Counted from the first letter of the stretch, positions 11,447 through 19,668 are shown. The stretch is 64,000 bases of DNA from Candidatus Deferrimicrobiaceae bacterium (GCA_963792415.1 CAWBVY010000010.1:1-64000), one strand, 5' to 3'. The notes: generated by a model from the sequence alone, not told the origin. A program made the numbers and translations.

Positions 11447-11563
11447 CCTCTTCCCCCTCCAGACAGGCATCTCTTGACGGAATCGGTTCCCGGCAAGCAA
11501 CGAAAAAATATTCGTGAAATCAGTACGATGACAAGATTCACGCCAAGGGTTCCGCTCGTCCCG

Positions 11564-11808
11564 TCACTTTCCCGCAACCGCAGGCGGGCAGCAGCTCCTT
11601 CCGGCTCCGGATCCGCCCCTCCCGTTGCGACTGCCGTGAAATCCGACCGGAACGCGCAGGATCCGCCGAGAAGCAGCGTCGCCGTCACCGACAGAAGCAC
11701 CGCCACGAGGATGGAGAGGACCCACCCCCGCCAGGTCGGGCCGCGCCGGCCCTCCGTTGCACGAGGATCCCCCGCTGCGTTCGTTTCCGTCGTCCCCTTC
11801 ATTCCCAT
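11564..11808 (-). CDS. Small single-TM protein ending in a Cys-Cys motif (apparent frameshift at C4 run 11616-11619)
   Basis: MGMKG...WVLSILVAVLLSVTATLLLGGSC; adding one G joins it to GGSGAGRSCCPPAVAGK* (81 aa). Confidence 0.5.
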
Positions 11809-11853
11809 CTCGCTCTTCCATCGTCCCGTCCTTTCTTTCGTTAGGACCCGGGT

Positions 11854-12568
11854 TCAGACCGCCACCGACTCCACGGGATCGGACCGCAACGACCGATCCT
11901 CCTCGATCCGTCCCGTCGCGCATCCGGAGGGACCGCGTGGCCCGGGCGAGATTCGCCGGGTTGTGCGTCACCATCAGGACCGTCTTCCCGCGGGCGTGCA
12001 ACGAAGAGAACAGGTCGAGGATCTGTTCTCCCGTCGCGCTGTCGAGGTTCCCCGTCGGCTCGTCCGCCAGCAGCACGGGGGGATCGTGGACCAGCGCCCG
12101 CGCGATCGCCACCCGCTGGCTCTCCCCGCCGGAGAGTTGCGAAGGGAGACGGTCTTCCTTCCCCGCCAGGCCCACCGAGGCGAGCAGGGCGTCGGCCCGT
12201 TCCGCCTTTTCCCGTGGCGAAACCCGCTCCGGCGACATCGGCACCATCACGTTCTCCCGCGCCGTCAGGTACGGGAGGAGGTGGTACGCCTGGAAGACGA
12301 AGCCGATCGTCCCCCGCCGGAAGTCGGCCAGGCCGTCCGCCGGGAGCGCGGAGAGGTCGGCGCCTCCGATCCGCACCGCACCGCCCGTGGGGACCTGCAA
12401 CCCCCCGAGGATCGCCAGCAGCGTGCTCTTCCCCGCCCCCGACTCCCCCGTGATGACGACGTACTCCCCCTGGCGTATATCGAAGGAGACCCCGGCCAGC
12501 GCCGTCGCCCGGGTACCGTTGACCCCGTAGAGCATCGACACGTCCTTCAAGTGGATGATCGGTTCCAT
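11854..12568 (-). CDS. ABC transporter ATP-binding protein (LolD/MacB-like); apparent extra base near 11912-11914
   Basis: GESGAGKS Walker A, LSGGESQR signature, LLADEPTGNLDS, VTH. Removing one G gives the canonical end MRDGRIEED...* at 11854. Confidence 0.88.
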
Positions 12569-12592
12569 CGTTTCCCCTGCTCTTGTTTTTTT

Positions 12593-13745
12593 TTAAAGAC
12601 TGCGGATCGCTTCGGTGGGAGACAGCGCGGCGGCGCGGCGCGCCGGCGGGATGGCCCCGATCAACCCGAGGGAAAGCCCGGCGACGGCGCCGAAGATCGC
12701 CGGGGAGAAGGCGACCGAAGGATGCTCGATCCCGAAGGCCGGCGACACGAGGTACGCGACGGCGATTCCGGTCCCCGCCCCGAGGAGCGAGGAGAGGAGC
12801 GACACCCAGCCGGTCTCCCAGAACAGGAGGGAGAAGATCGAGCGTTTCCGGAACCCGACCGCCCGCAGGACCCCGATCTCGCGGGTACGTTCCTGCACCC
12901 CGGCCATCACGGTCACCAGCACCATGAGCCCCCCGATCAGCAGTACGATCGCCGAGACGCCGAGACCGAGGCGGCGAAGCTGGTCCACCGCGGCCTTCCG
13001 GCTCTCCACCACCTGGCGGATCGCCGACACCCGCGCCGCCGGGCAACGCCTGCCCGATCTGGGCCACGATGTCCTCCACGGGGCAATCCTTGCAGAGCGC
13101 CGCCACCTCGAAATACGTCACGCCCCCCGGCTGCTTCGCCAGCGCCTGCACGTCCGCGATGTCGGCGACGACCATCCCGTCCTCCTTCTCCCCCGTCGGC
13201 TGAAGCACTCCGGCGATGCGGAAGTGGCGGTCCCCGGCCGTCACGGTTCCCCCCGGCCCCTTGTCGAGCAGCGCCGCGGCTTCGGCCCCCAGCAGGACCT
13301 CTCCGGGTTTCAGCCCGCCCCCCCCCTGGATCCTCCACCACGGGCGGGCTCCCGCCACGTCCGTCGCGGGAAGTCCCATCCAGACGAGGTTTTTTCCGGA
13401 GACGTCGACGGCGGTCATCAGGAAGGGGACGATCGAGCGGATCCGGTCCTTGTGATGGATCGACGCGATCCGGTCCCTGTCCGCCATCGTGAGCCGGGAG
13501 TGCGCCACCTCCGTGCCTCCGAGGGCGATGTTCCCGAATCCCAGCGATAACTGCTCGGCCCGGGGGGAGACGACGATGTTCGCGCCGAACCGGTCCAGCT
13601 GGTCCTGGACCGCCCCTTCCATCTGCGAGGTGATCGACGAGATCGCGACGAACGTCGCGATCCCGAGGAAGATCCCGAGGCCCGTGAAGACGGCCCGCGA
13701 CTTGCGCCGAAGCAGGTTCTTCCATGCAAGCTTCCTGATGTTCAT
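12593..13745 (-). CDS. FtsX/MacB-like ABC permease with CxxCP motif; apparent extra base near 13036-13043
   Basis: MNIRKLAWKNLLRRKSR start, GANIVV, ALCKDCPVEDIVAQI, then VQERTREIGVLRAVGFR and PARRAAALSP in another frame; one-base correction gives 383 aa. Confidence 0.82.
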
Positions 13746-14251
13746 GACCGCTTCCGGGCGAAATAGTCCTTGCGCGCGACGATGTCGGCCTTTCCGATCA
13801 CGAGATATTGCCCCTCGATCCTCCGCGCGAGAGGATGGGGGTTGCACCCGCCCTTGATCTCACCGATCCGGTTGGAGGGAAAGGTCTGGCCGCAGTTGTT
13901 GCAGACCATGAGATCGCCTTCCTGCCGGTACCCGCGATTCGACTCGAAGCAGACGTCGCAGGCGTCGAGCGCCGCCCGGTACTCCCCGTCCCGGCTTTTC
14001 AGCGCAAAGTAATGCAGCTGCCGCCCTTCCGACTCCAGCGAGAGGAAGAGAGCTTTCCCGGAATCGAGGGCCTTCAACGGGATCTTCACGGCGTCCGCCG
14101 TCTCCGCCACTCCCGCCGCTTTCGCACTTTCCGCGGGGGATTTCCTGAAGATACCGTCCAGCACGCCGGCGGAAACCGCCACGACGACGACCGCAAGAAT
14201 TCCGGCAACCACCACTCCGATGATCATCCCCTTGCCGCGATTCAACGCCAT
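13742..14251 (-). CDS. DUF2318 (FtrD-like, Cys-rich Fe-S) membrane-anchored protein
   Basis: N-terminal TM; DACDVC...GY.QEGD.MVCNNCG..F......GGCNP.PL signature. Confidence 0.85.
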   Translation of the reverse strand: MALNRGKGMIIGVVVAGILAVVVVAVSAGVLDGIFRKSPAESAKAAGVAETADAVKIPLKALDSGKALFLSLESEGRQLHYFALKSRDGEYRAALDACDVCFESNRGYRQEGDLMVCNNCGQTFPSNRIGEIKGGCNPHPLARRIEGQYLVIGKADIVARKDYFARKRS

Positions 14252-14289
14252 GTCTCGAAAACCTCCGTAAGGGTATTTTCCCTGTAGTA

Positions 14290-14426
14290 AGCACGGGGCG
14301 TGCCAGACAGGAACAAATAAAGAAATGACTTGAAAATCATGCGGTTTTACAATAAACGAACAGAAATCCTCTTTATCGAAGCACGCCACCGAAGGATATT
14401 CTTCAGTCCACTGAACAATATTCCCT
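14290..14426 (-). promoter_or_regulatory. Sigma54 (-24/-12) promoter with tandem upstream palindromes, before DUF2318-ABC-cus genes
   Basis: TGGCAC-GCCCC-GTGCT on - strand (14290-14305); sites GAAGGATATTCTTC (14391) and GAACAATATTCCCT (14413) 22 bp apart; AT-rich spacer. Confidence 0.65.
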
Positions 14427-14753
14427 TTACATCTCGTCGACCCTCGCCTCGGCCCTGCTGCGGATGCGGAACAACTCCTCCACCGGCAGGACGGCGATGA
14501 ACCCGTCGCCGGCCTTGCCGGTGTTGGCCGTCTCCAGGATCGCGCGGACTATCTCCTCCGCTTTGGATTTTTCCGTGAATATCTCGATCCGGCTGTGCGT
14601 GATCCTCCAGTCGTGCGTGAAAAAGTTTTCGTACTCGCCGAACCCCTTCACGTTGCTGACGCTCAAACCCTTCACGTTCATTTCCTGCAGCCGCTCCTCG
14701 ACCTGTTTCAGCATCCTGCTGCGGATGACCGCGGTGACTTTTCTCAGTTCCAT
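14427..14753 (-). CDS. P-II family (PII-like) signal protein with short T-loop
   Basis: KVTAVIR, GLSVSNVKGFG, TGKAGDG.I.VLPVE..FRIR motifs; 108 aa. Confidence 0.88.
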   Translation of the reverse strand: MELRKVTAVIRSRMLKQVEERLQEMNVKGLSVSNVKGFGEYENFFTHDWRITHSRIEIFTEKSKAEEIVRAILETANTGKAGDGFIAVLPVEELFRIRSRAEARVDEM

Positions 14754-14760
14754 CGGTCCG

Positions 14761-14889
14761 TCACCTCCCTTGCGGATTTTTCCGTTCCTTATCCAAGTCG
14801 GGCCACGGCACATCGAGTACATCCTTGCCACAGGTCGTCAAACCGGCCGCCATTACAACCGCCACCACGACTGCCTTGCAGCTTTTCAT
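14761..14889 (-). CDS. 42-aa putative small lipoprotein or gene remnant
   Basis: AGGAGG RBS, then [42 protein letters not shown]; lipobox-like LTTC; below ORF-track cutoff. Confidence 0.45.
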   Translation of the reverse strand: MKSCKAVVVAVVMAAGLTTCGKDVLDVPWPDLDKERKNPQGR

Positions 14890-14952
14890 CGTTTTGTCCT
14901 CCTTCTTTCGTCGGTCCGGTTCCTCACCATCGACCGCGTTTGCTCCATGAAG

Positions 14953-15087
14953 TGCATGGGGGGTGCCAAGCCGTTACGCAGATACAACCTGCCGATTTTC
15001 ATGGAGTTCGAAGGAAAGCCGAAATCCCGGGCCCCGAGCGGTCGGAGAATAGTGTGCAACGGGTAGGGACTATTCCCCGGGAACCGT
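14953..15087 (-). promoter_or_regulatory. Sigma54 promoter/enhancer cassette, copy 1 of a ~135-bp duplicated non-coding element
   Basis: TGGCAC-CCCCC-ATGCA on - strand (14953-14968); GGAGAATAGTGTGC (15044) and AGGGACTATTCCCC (15065); closely resembles 17452-17606. Confidence 0.75.
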
Positions 15088-15187
15088 CCGCCCATGCCGC
15101 AGTGAGGCGGACTCGGCATTCCTATTCTGCGGTCGTGTTCCAGAGACGCGGTATAATCAGGGGACCAAACCGAACGGGGGTTTTCCT

Positions 15188-15634
15188 GTGAAATATTCCC
15201 TCGCATATCCGAGCGTGTTTCTTGTCGTCGCCTCCCTCGCCATCGGGTTTCCCGCCGCCGCCCATGGCCCTTCCGGCCACCACGAAACCGCGATGACGAT
15301 GCAGGACGAGGGAGCGATGAAAGCGCAGCACGAGCGGATGAGGAATTTCGAGGAGGCGATGGTCGCCCTGAGCAAAGCCTTGATCTTTGCGGACAAACCC
15401 GGCGCGGGAAAATATGCGAGCCGGCTGACGGAAGCCCTCAAGGGCCACGAGAAGGACGTCCCGCACAAGAACGTTTCCAGGACCAAGGAATTCCAGTCGT
15501 TCTTCAAGGAACTGAAGGGGAGAGCCGGGACACTGGCGGCGGATGCCGGGACCGGCAACCTCCGGAAGACGTCCCTGTCCTACGGCAAGGTCCTCGAAGT
15601 GTGCGTCTCCTGCCACGCGAAGTTCCGGGACTGA
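15188..15634 (+). CDS. Cytochrome c'-like (class II) monoheme cytochrome c
   Basis: Signal peptide, helical body, single C-terminal CVSCHAKFRD heme motif; TATAAT at ~15152 upstream. Confidence 0.8.
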   Translation: MKYSLAYPSVFLVVASLAIGFPAAAHGPSGHHETAMTMQDEGAMKAQHERMRNFEEAMVALSKALIFADKPGAGKYASRLTEALKGHEKDVPHKNVSRTKEFQSFFKELKGRAGTLAADAGTGNLRKTSLSYGKVLEVCVSCHAKFRD

Positions 15635-15654
15635 TCCATCGGGTTCCTTCGGAA

Positions 15655-15690
15655 AACCCGGGAGGCGGAATCGTTTCCGCCTCCCGGGTT
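15655..15690. terminator. Hairpin between convergent genes
   Basis: AACCCGGGAGGCGGAA-tcgt-TTCCGCCTCCCGGGTT perfect 16-bp stem. Confidence 0.7.
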
Positions 15691-15723
15691 CATATTACCG
15701 ATCGTTTCCCTGTAACGACGGGA

Positions 15724-17223
15724 TCATTTCACCTGGATCGAGAACGGATACCCGCCGGTGCCGTCCGAATAGGTCGAGACCATGATGTTCCGCATCCCGT
15801 TCGTGATCCCATGGAACGTGGATGTCACCACTCCCCCGCCCATCATTCCACCGCCCATCATTCCACCACCCGTTCCACCGCCCATGGTCATCACGCCGCC
15901 GTTCATCTGGAACGTCATCTGCGTCGTGGAGACCGGGCCAGCGCTCCCCATCATCTGGGAGAAGGTGTTGTTCCCGTTGGCGTCCACAATCGAGTGTCCG
16001 AAGGTCCAATCCCGGGAACCCGAATTGCCGGAGGAGACCGAATGCATCACCCAGTCCCCCATCATGTCCGCCGTGGTGCCTGTCGTCTCTTTCATCATGA
16101 CCCATAATTCGGGATGGCCCCCGCTGGTATCCGTGGCCACGATCATGGTTCGGTCCATCGACATGACGCCGTGGAATGAGGTGTTCACGCTATCGGTCAT
16201 GATCCCGTCCGCGTTCATGGAAAGGGCGAAATTCCCGCCCCCGACCACGCCGGTATTGGTAGTCATCGAGGGAATGGTTGCGCTACCGGATGCAATCGCC
16301 ATGTTGCCGTACGCCCACCCGGAAGTGGTGTTGTCGCTCCCGGCCGTGAGGCGCTGGAACCGCCACGTTCCGGTCATGTCCGATCCATCTGTATGGAACA
16401 CCCCTCCCCGTTTCTGGCCGATCATCATCGCGGGGCCGCCCGTGCCGTCGGTGTACGTCGCCACCATCACGCTCGTGTCGCCGGACACGACGCACTGGAA
16501 GGTGTCATCGCCGGGATTCAGGAGCATCCCGGACAGGGACATGGTGAAGGGGATGTCATTCCTGGCAGGCGAGGAGGTTCCGTTCCGGACGATCCCGTCC
16601 ATGTGGCCCAAACCGTTGTTGTCGAAGGAGAGGGTACCGTGCTCCCAGCCCATCGTTCCCGAAGTCATCAAGGTGTTGTAGCCCCACGTCGTCCCCTTCA
16701 CGTCCTCCATGGAAAAGGCCACGCCCGCCAACGAAGGAGGGATCATGGTGTTTGCACCCTGGCCCATCATCAATCCCGGATGGTTCACCGGGGTGGCTTT
16801 CCCCGTAATCAGATCGGGACTGACCATCCCCAGGGAGAGGATCATGCCGTCGGCGTTGTTATCCAGCGCGAAGACGTTGTTGGCCCCCATGTACATGGGG
16901 TAGACCCTCTCGTTGCCCGTGCCCTCGTTCTCCATCACGTAGAACCGGTAATTCGCCCCCGTGGGTACAGTCATCGAGAACGTCTTCGGGGTACCGGTCG
17001 CGGTCGCCCTTCCCGCTTCGAGGTTCGTATCGTTGTTCACGGCCACGAAGACGGTCCCGGGAACCGACCCCTGGAGCGTGGCCATCCCGGTCCCGATCCC
17101 CGTACCGATCCCACCGGAATCGCTGGAACTCCCACCGCCACCGCAGGCCGCAAGGGCGATGGAAAGCGCAAAGGCGAACAGAAGGTGGAACGGCGTGCGA
17201 TGCTTACCCGTAATTGCCTGCAT
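15724..17223 (-). CDS. Met/Gly-rich hypothetical lipoprotein with three internal repeats
   Basis: LAAC lipobox, AAGGAG RBS, about 45 Met in 499 aa by hand count, GGGMMGGGMMGGG segment. Confidence 0.8.
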   Translation of the reverse strand: MQAITGKHRTPFHLLFAFALSIALAACGGGGSSSDSGGIGTGIGTGMATLQGSVPGTVFVAVNNDTNLEAGRATATGTPKTFSMTVPTGANYRFYVMENEGTGNERVYPMYMGANNVFALDNNADGMILSLGMVSPDLITGKATPVNHPGLMMGQGANTMIPPSLAGVAFSMEDVKGTTWGYNTLMTSGTMGWEHGTLSFDNNGLGHMDGIVRNGTSSPARNDIPFTMSLSGMLLNPGDDTFQCVVSGDTSVMVATYTDGTGGPAMMIGQKRGGVFHTDGSDMTGTWRFQRLTAGSDNTTSGWAYGNMAIASGSATIPSMTTNTGVVGGGNFALSMNADGIMTDSVNTSFHGVMSMDRTMIVATDTSGGHPELWVMMKETTGTTADMMGDWVMHSVSSGNSGSRDWTFGHSIVDANGNNTFSQMMGSAGPVSTTQMTFQMNGGVMTMGGGTGGGMMGGGMMGGGVVTSTFHGITNGMRNIMVSTYSDGTGGYPFSIQVK

Positions 17224-17451
17224 GCGATATATCTCCTTGGGCTACTGTTGTTTTTGTTACGTTTCCGCCCTGTGCCCGAAGGCCCGCGGTCCGAGCCGTG
17301 AACCGTGACCCCACGTCCCAGCCTTTGTCCGGAAACGCCCGGGGGTTCCGTGACCAGTCATTCTCTGTTGTCAGATCCCGGTCGGGAGCCAAGAGGTTCC
17401 CACATGGGACGTATCTTTCCTTTTCTCCTCCGGGATCTTCCTGGAAATGAC

Positions 17452-17606
17452 TGCATAGGGGGTGCCAACCCGCGGGCCACATACAACCTGCCGATTTCCA
17501 TGGAGTTCGCAAGGAAGCCAAAACCACGGGTCCAGAGATGTCGGAGAATAGTGTTCAAGCAGTCGGAGAATAGTGTGCGAAGGGTGTGGATTATTCCCCG
17601 GGAACC
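17452..17606 (-). promoter_or_regulatory. Sigma54 promoter/enhancer cassette, copy 2 (three tandem sites)
   Basis: TGGCAC-CCCCT-ATGCA on - strand (17452-17467); sites at 17543, 17565 and 17586. Confidence 0.75.
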
Positions 17607-17717
17607 GGCCGCGGGAAGGCCTGCTTTACTTTGCGGTCAAACCCGGAGGTGGACGGAGAAGGCGTGCGTCGTCGGAAGGAATGAGAATCTTCGAGGGCTA
17701 GTCGAGGGAACGGTTCT

Positions 17718-19457
17718 TCATTTTGCCGCGGCGAACAGGTGACGCAGCCATCCGAAGAAACTGACCAGCACGAAAACAAGCAACACCAGCAGGATCAGCG
17801 TGTGGATCCTTGGCCGGTACGCATCCGGGTTGAAATATTTGTCACCGGCCCGGGTGAATATCCGCATCGGGTTCCTGCTGAGCGTGGAGAGTTTCTCCGC
17901 CACATCCATGCTCAGGGCCTCCACCTTGTTGAAGGCGGCATCCAGGTCTTCGATAAAGATCCTTTGCACCCACCGCGCGGGCCTGCGGTAGAACCAGTCC
18001 ACGTCCAGGGTGATGCCGGCCTCGCCGGAAACCTGCTTCCCGAATATCCAGAAGGCGATGAAAGTGAAGATCGCGCCCTGCGATATCTCCACGAGGTGGG
18101 CGGATGTATAGGGCACGTAATGCACCGCGTAGGGCAGCATGTCGTACAACAGTCCGGGCGCCACGCCGTGCAGGATGCAGAAAAAGGCCGCCGCCCCCAT
18201 CCCCAGGTACATGTTCCGGGGCGGGGGGAGCGCGGACGCCCCGCTGTCCTTGCCGAACCAGACCCCGTACGGCAGCTTCAGGCCGACGGAGAGAAAAGTC
18301 CCGACGCCGGCGAGCATCAACAGAAGCGTCACGACGCCGTGATGCGCCTCGCCCGCGGCCGCGACCACCATGGACTTGCTGACAAAGCCGTTGAGGAGCG
18401 GGAACCCGGAGATGGAAAAGGCCCCGATCATGTACAGCCACAGGATAACGGGCTGTTTCCGCGCCAGCCCGCCGAGTTCCGTCAGTCTGCTTTTCCCCGT
18501 GGTGTGGAGCACGGCCCCGGCGCCCATGAAAAGGAGGGCCTTGTACAGGATGTGGCTGAAGGCGTGGGCCGCGGCTCCGTTGATCGCCATTTCCGTGCCG
18601 ATGCCGGCGCCGGCCACCATGTAACCGACCTGGCTGATGATGTGATAGGCGAGGATCTCCCGGATGTCGTTGGCCAGGAAGGCGAAGACCACGCCGTACA
18701 AGGCCATCAGCACGCCCAGGTAGATCAGGATCTCCCAGCCGGGGAAGATCCTCAACAGGACGTAAACGGCGGTCTTCGTGGTCAGCGCGCTCAGGAACAC
18801 CGCCCCCGTGACCGTCGCCTTCGGATAGGCGTCGGGAAGCCAGGCGTGCAGGGGGACCACCGCGGCGTTGACGGCGACGCCCGCCAGGATCAGCCACGAC
18901 GAAAGGGAACCGCGCGCCGTGAGCTGCTCGACCAGGATGCTTCCCGTTTCCCCCGCGTGAACGAGGATTCCGGCGAACAGCAGGCCTCCCCCGAAGAGAT
19001 GAAACATCAGGTACCGCATCCCCGCCTTTTCGGATTCCCGGCCTCCCCTGGCCCAGATCAGGTAGGTCGAAGGCAGGCTCATCAGTTCCCAGAAAACGAA
19101 CAGGGTGATCAGGTCTCCGGCGAACGTCACCCCCAGGGCGCCGGCGGCATACAGGAGGGCCGCCGTCTGTTTCGCCGCCTTCTCGACGTGAAAGGCGAAG
19201 AGGCACCCGATGACCGTTATCAGGGAAAAGATCGTCCCGAAGAGCCGGCTCAACGGGTCGACCTTGTACACGACCAGCCGATACTCCATCAAGTCCACGG
19301 TCAGGTGGACGCCGGAAGGCGCCATCCGGACCAGGGCGAGGGCGAGCATCGGAATCAGAACCGCGAAATACGACCGGTACCTGCGGGGCAACAGGGGAAC
19401 CAGCAGGGCGCCCGCGAGCATGACCAGGACCGGTGGAAACGTGGCGTCAATCGGCAT
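17718..19457 (-). CDS. Mrp/Mnh antiporter subunit D-like protein (third paralog)
   Basis: Multi-TM Proton_antipo_M; VFWELMS, PLHAWLPDAYP, HAFSHILYKALLFM. Confidence 0.88.
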   Translation of the reverse strand: MPIDATFPPVLVMLAGALLVPLLPRRYRSYFAVLIPMLALALVRMAPSGVHLTVDLMEYRLVVYKVDPLSRLFGTIFSLITVIGCLFAFHVEKAAKQTAALLYAAGALGVTFAGDLITLFVFWELMSLPSTYLIWARGGRESEKAGMRYLMFHLFGGGLLFAGILVHAGETGSILVEQLTARGSLSSWLILAGVAVNAAVVPLHAWLPDAYPKATVTGAVFLSALTTKTAVYVLLRIFPGWEILIYLGVLMALYGVVFAFLANDIREILAYHIISQVGYMVAGAGIGTEMAINGAAAHAFSHILYKALLFMGAGAVLHTTGKSRLTELGGLARKQPVILWLYMIGAFSISGFPLLNGFVSKSMVVAAAGEAHHGVVTLLLMLAGVGTFLSVGLKLPYGVWFGKDSGASALPPPRNMYLGMGAAAFFCILHGVAPGLLYDMLPYAVHYVPYTSAHLVEISQGAIFTFIAFWIFGKQVSGEAGITLDVDWFYRRPARWVQRIFIEDLDAAFNKVEALSMDVAEKLSTLSRNPMRIFTRAGDKYFNPDAYRPRIHTLILLVLLVFVLVSFFGWLRHLFAAAK

Positions 19458-19668
19458 CGTAGTACTCCACCCCTTTTCGCAGGAAGCGCTTCCCCAGCGA
19501 TTTGGCGAGGAAGATGATCGCCACGCAGCCGAGAAAACCGAAGAGGGCGAAAAACCCGGGGATGCGGTTCCACCAGGCGTCGTGCGCGGGGTCGTGGGGG
19601 ATCGCGAACCCGCCCCCGAGGGAAACGATCGCCGCGACCGCCAGCAGCGCCCACCGCAGCCTGTTCAT
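19447..19668 (-). CDS. Small membrane protein of the mrp operon
   Basis: MNRLRWALL...WWNRIPGFFALFGFLGCVAII...RKGVEYYD, 73 aa; overlaps both neighbours. Confidence 0.7.
   Translation of the reverse strand: MNRLRWALLAVAAIVSLGGGFAIPHDPAHDAWWNRIPGFFALFGFLGCVAIIFLAKSLGKRFLRKGVEYYDAD

Noticed and set aside
11530-11545. TGGCGT-N5-TTGTC upstream of the tolC-like gene as a fourth sigma54 promoter
   Set aside because: The -12 element is GT rather than GC and no tandem enhancer sites lie upstream; too weak to call.
11564-12568. 334-aa ABC ATPase with a long C-terminal extension, as listed in the ORF track
   Set aside because: The extension is best explained by a frameshift near 11913 running through the next small gene.
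12586-12594. T9 homopolymer (A9 on the coding strand)
   Set aside because: Starts at the permease stop codon and lies in the spacer before the RBS; length change would not alter a reading frame.
17541-17599. Short repeats at 21-22 bp spacing as a possible mini CRISPR or iteron array
   Set aside because: Only 2-3 degenerate units, no spacers, no cas or rep genes; better explained as activator binding sites.
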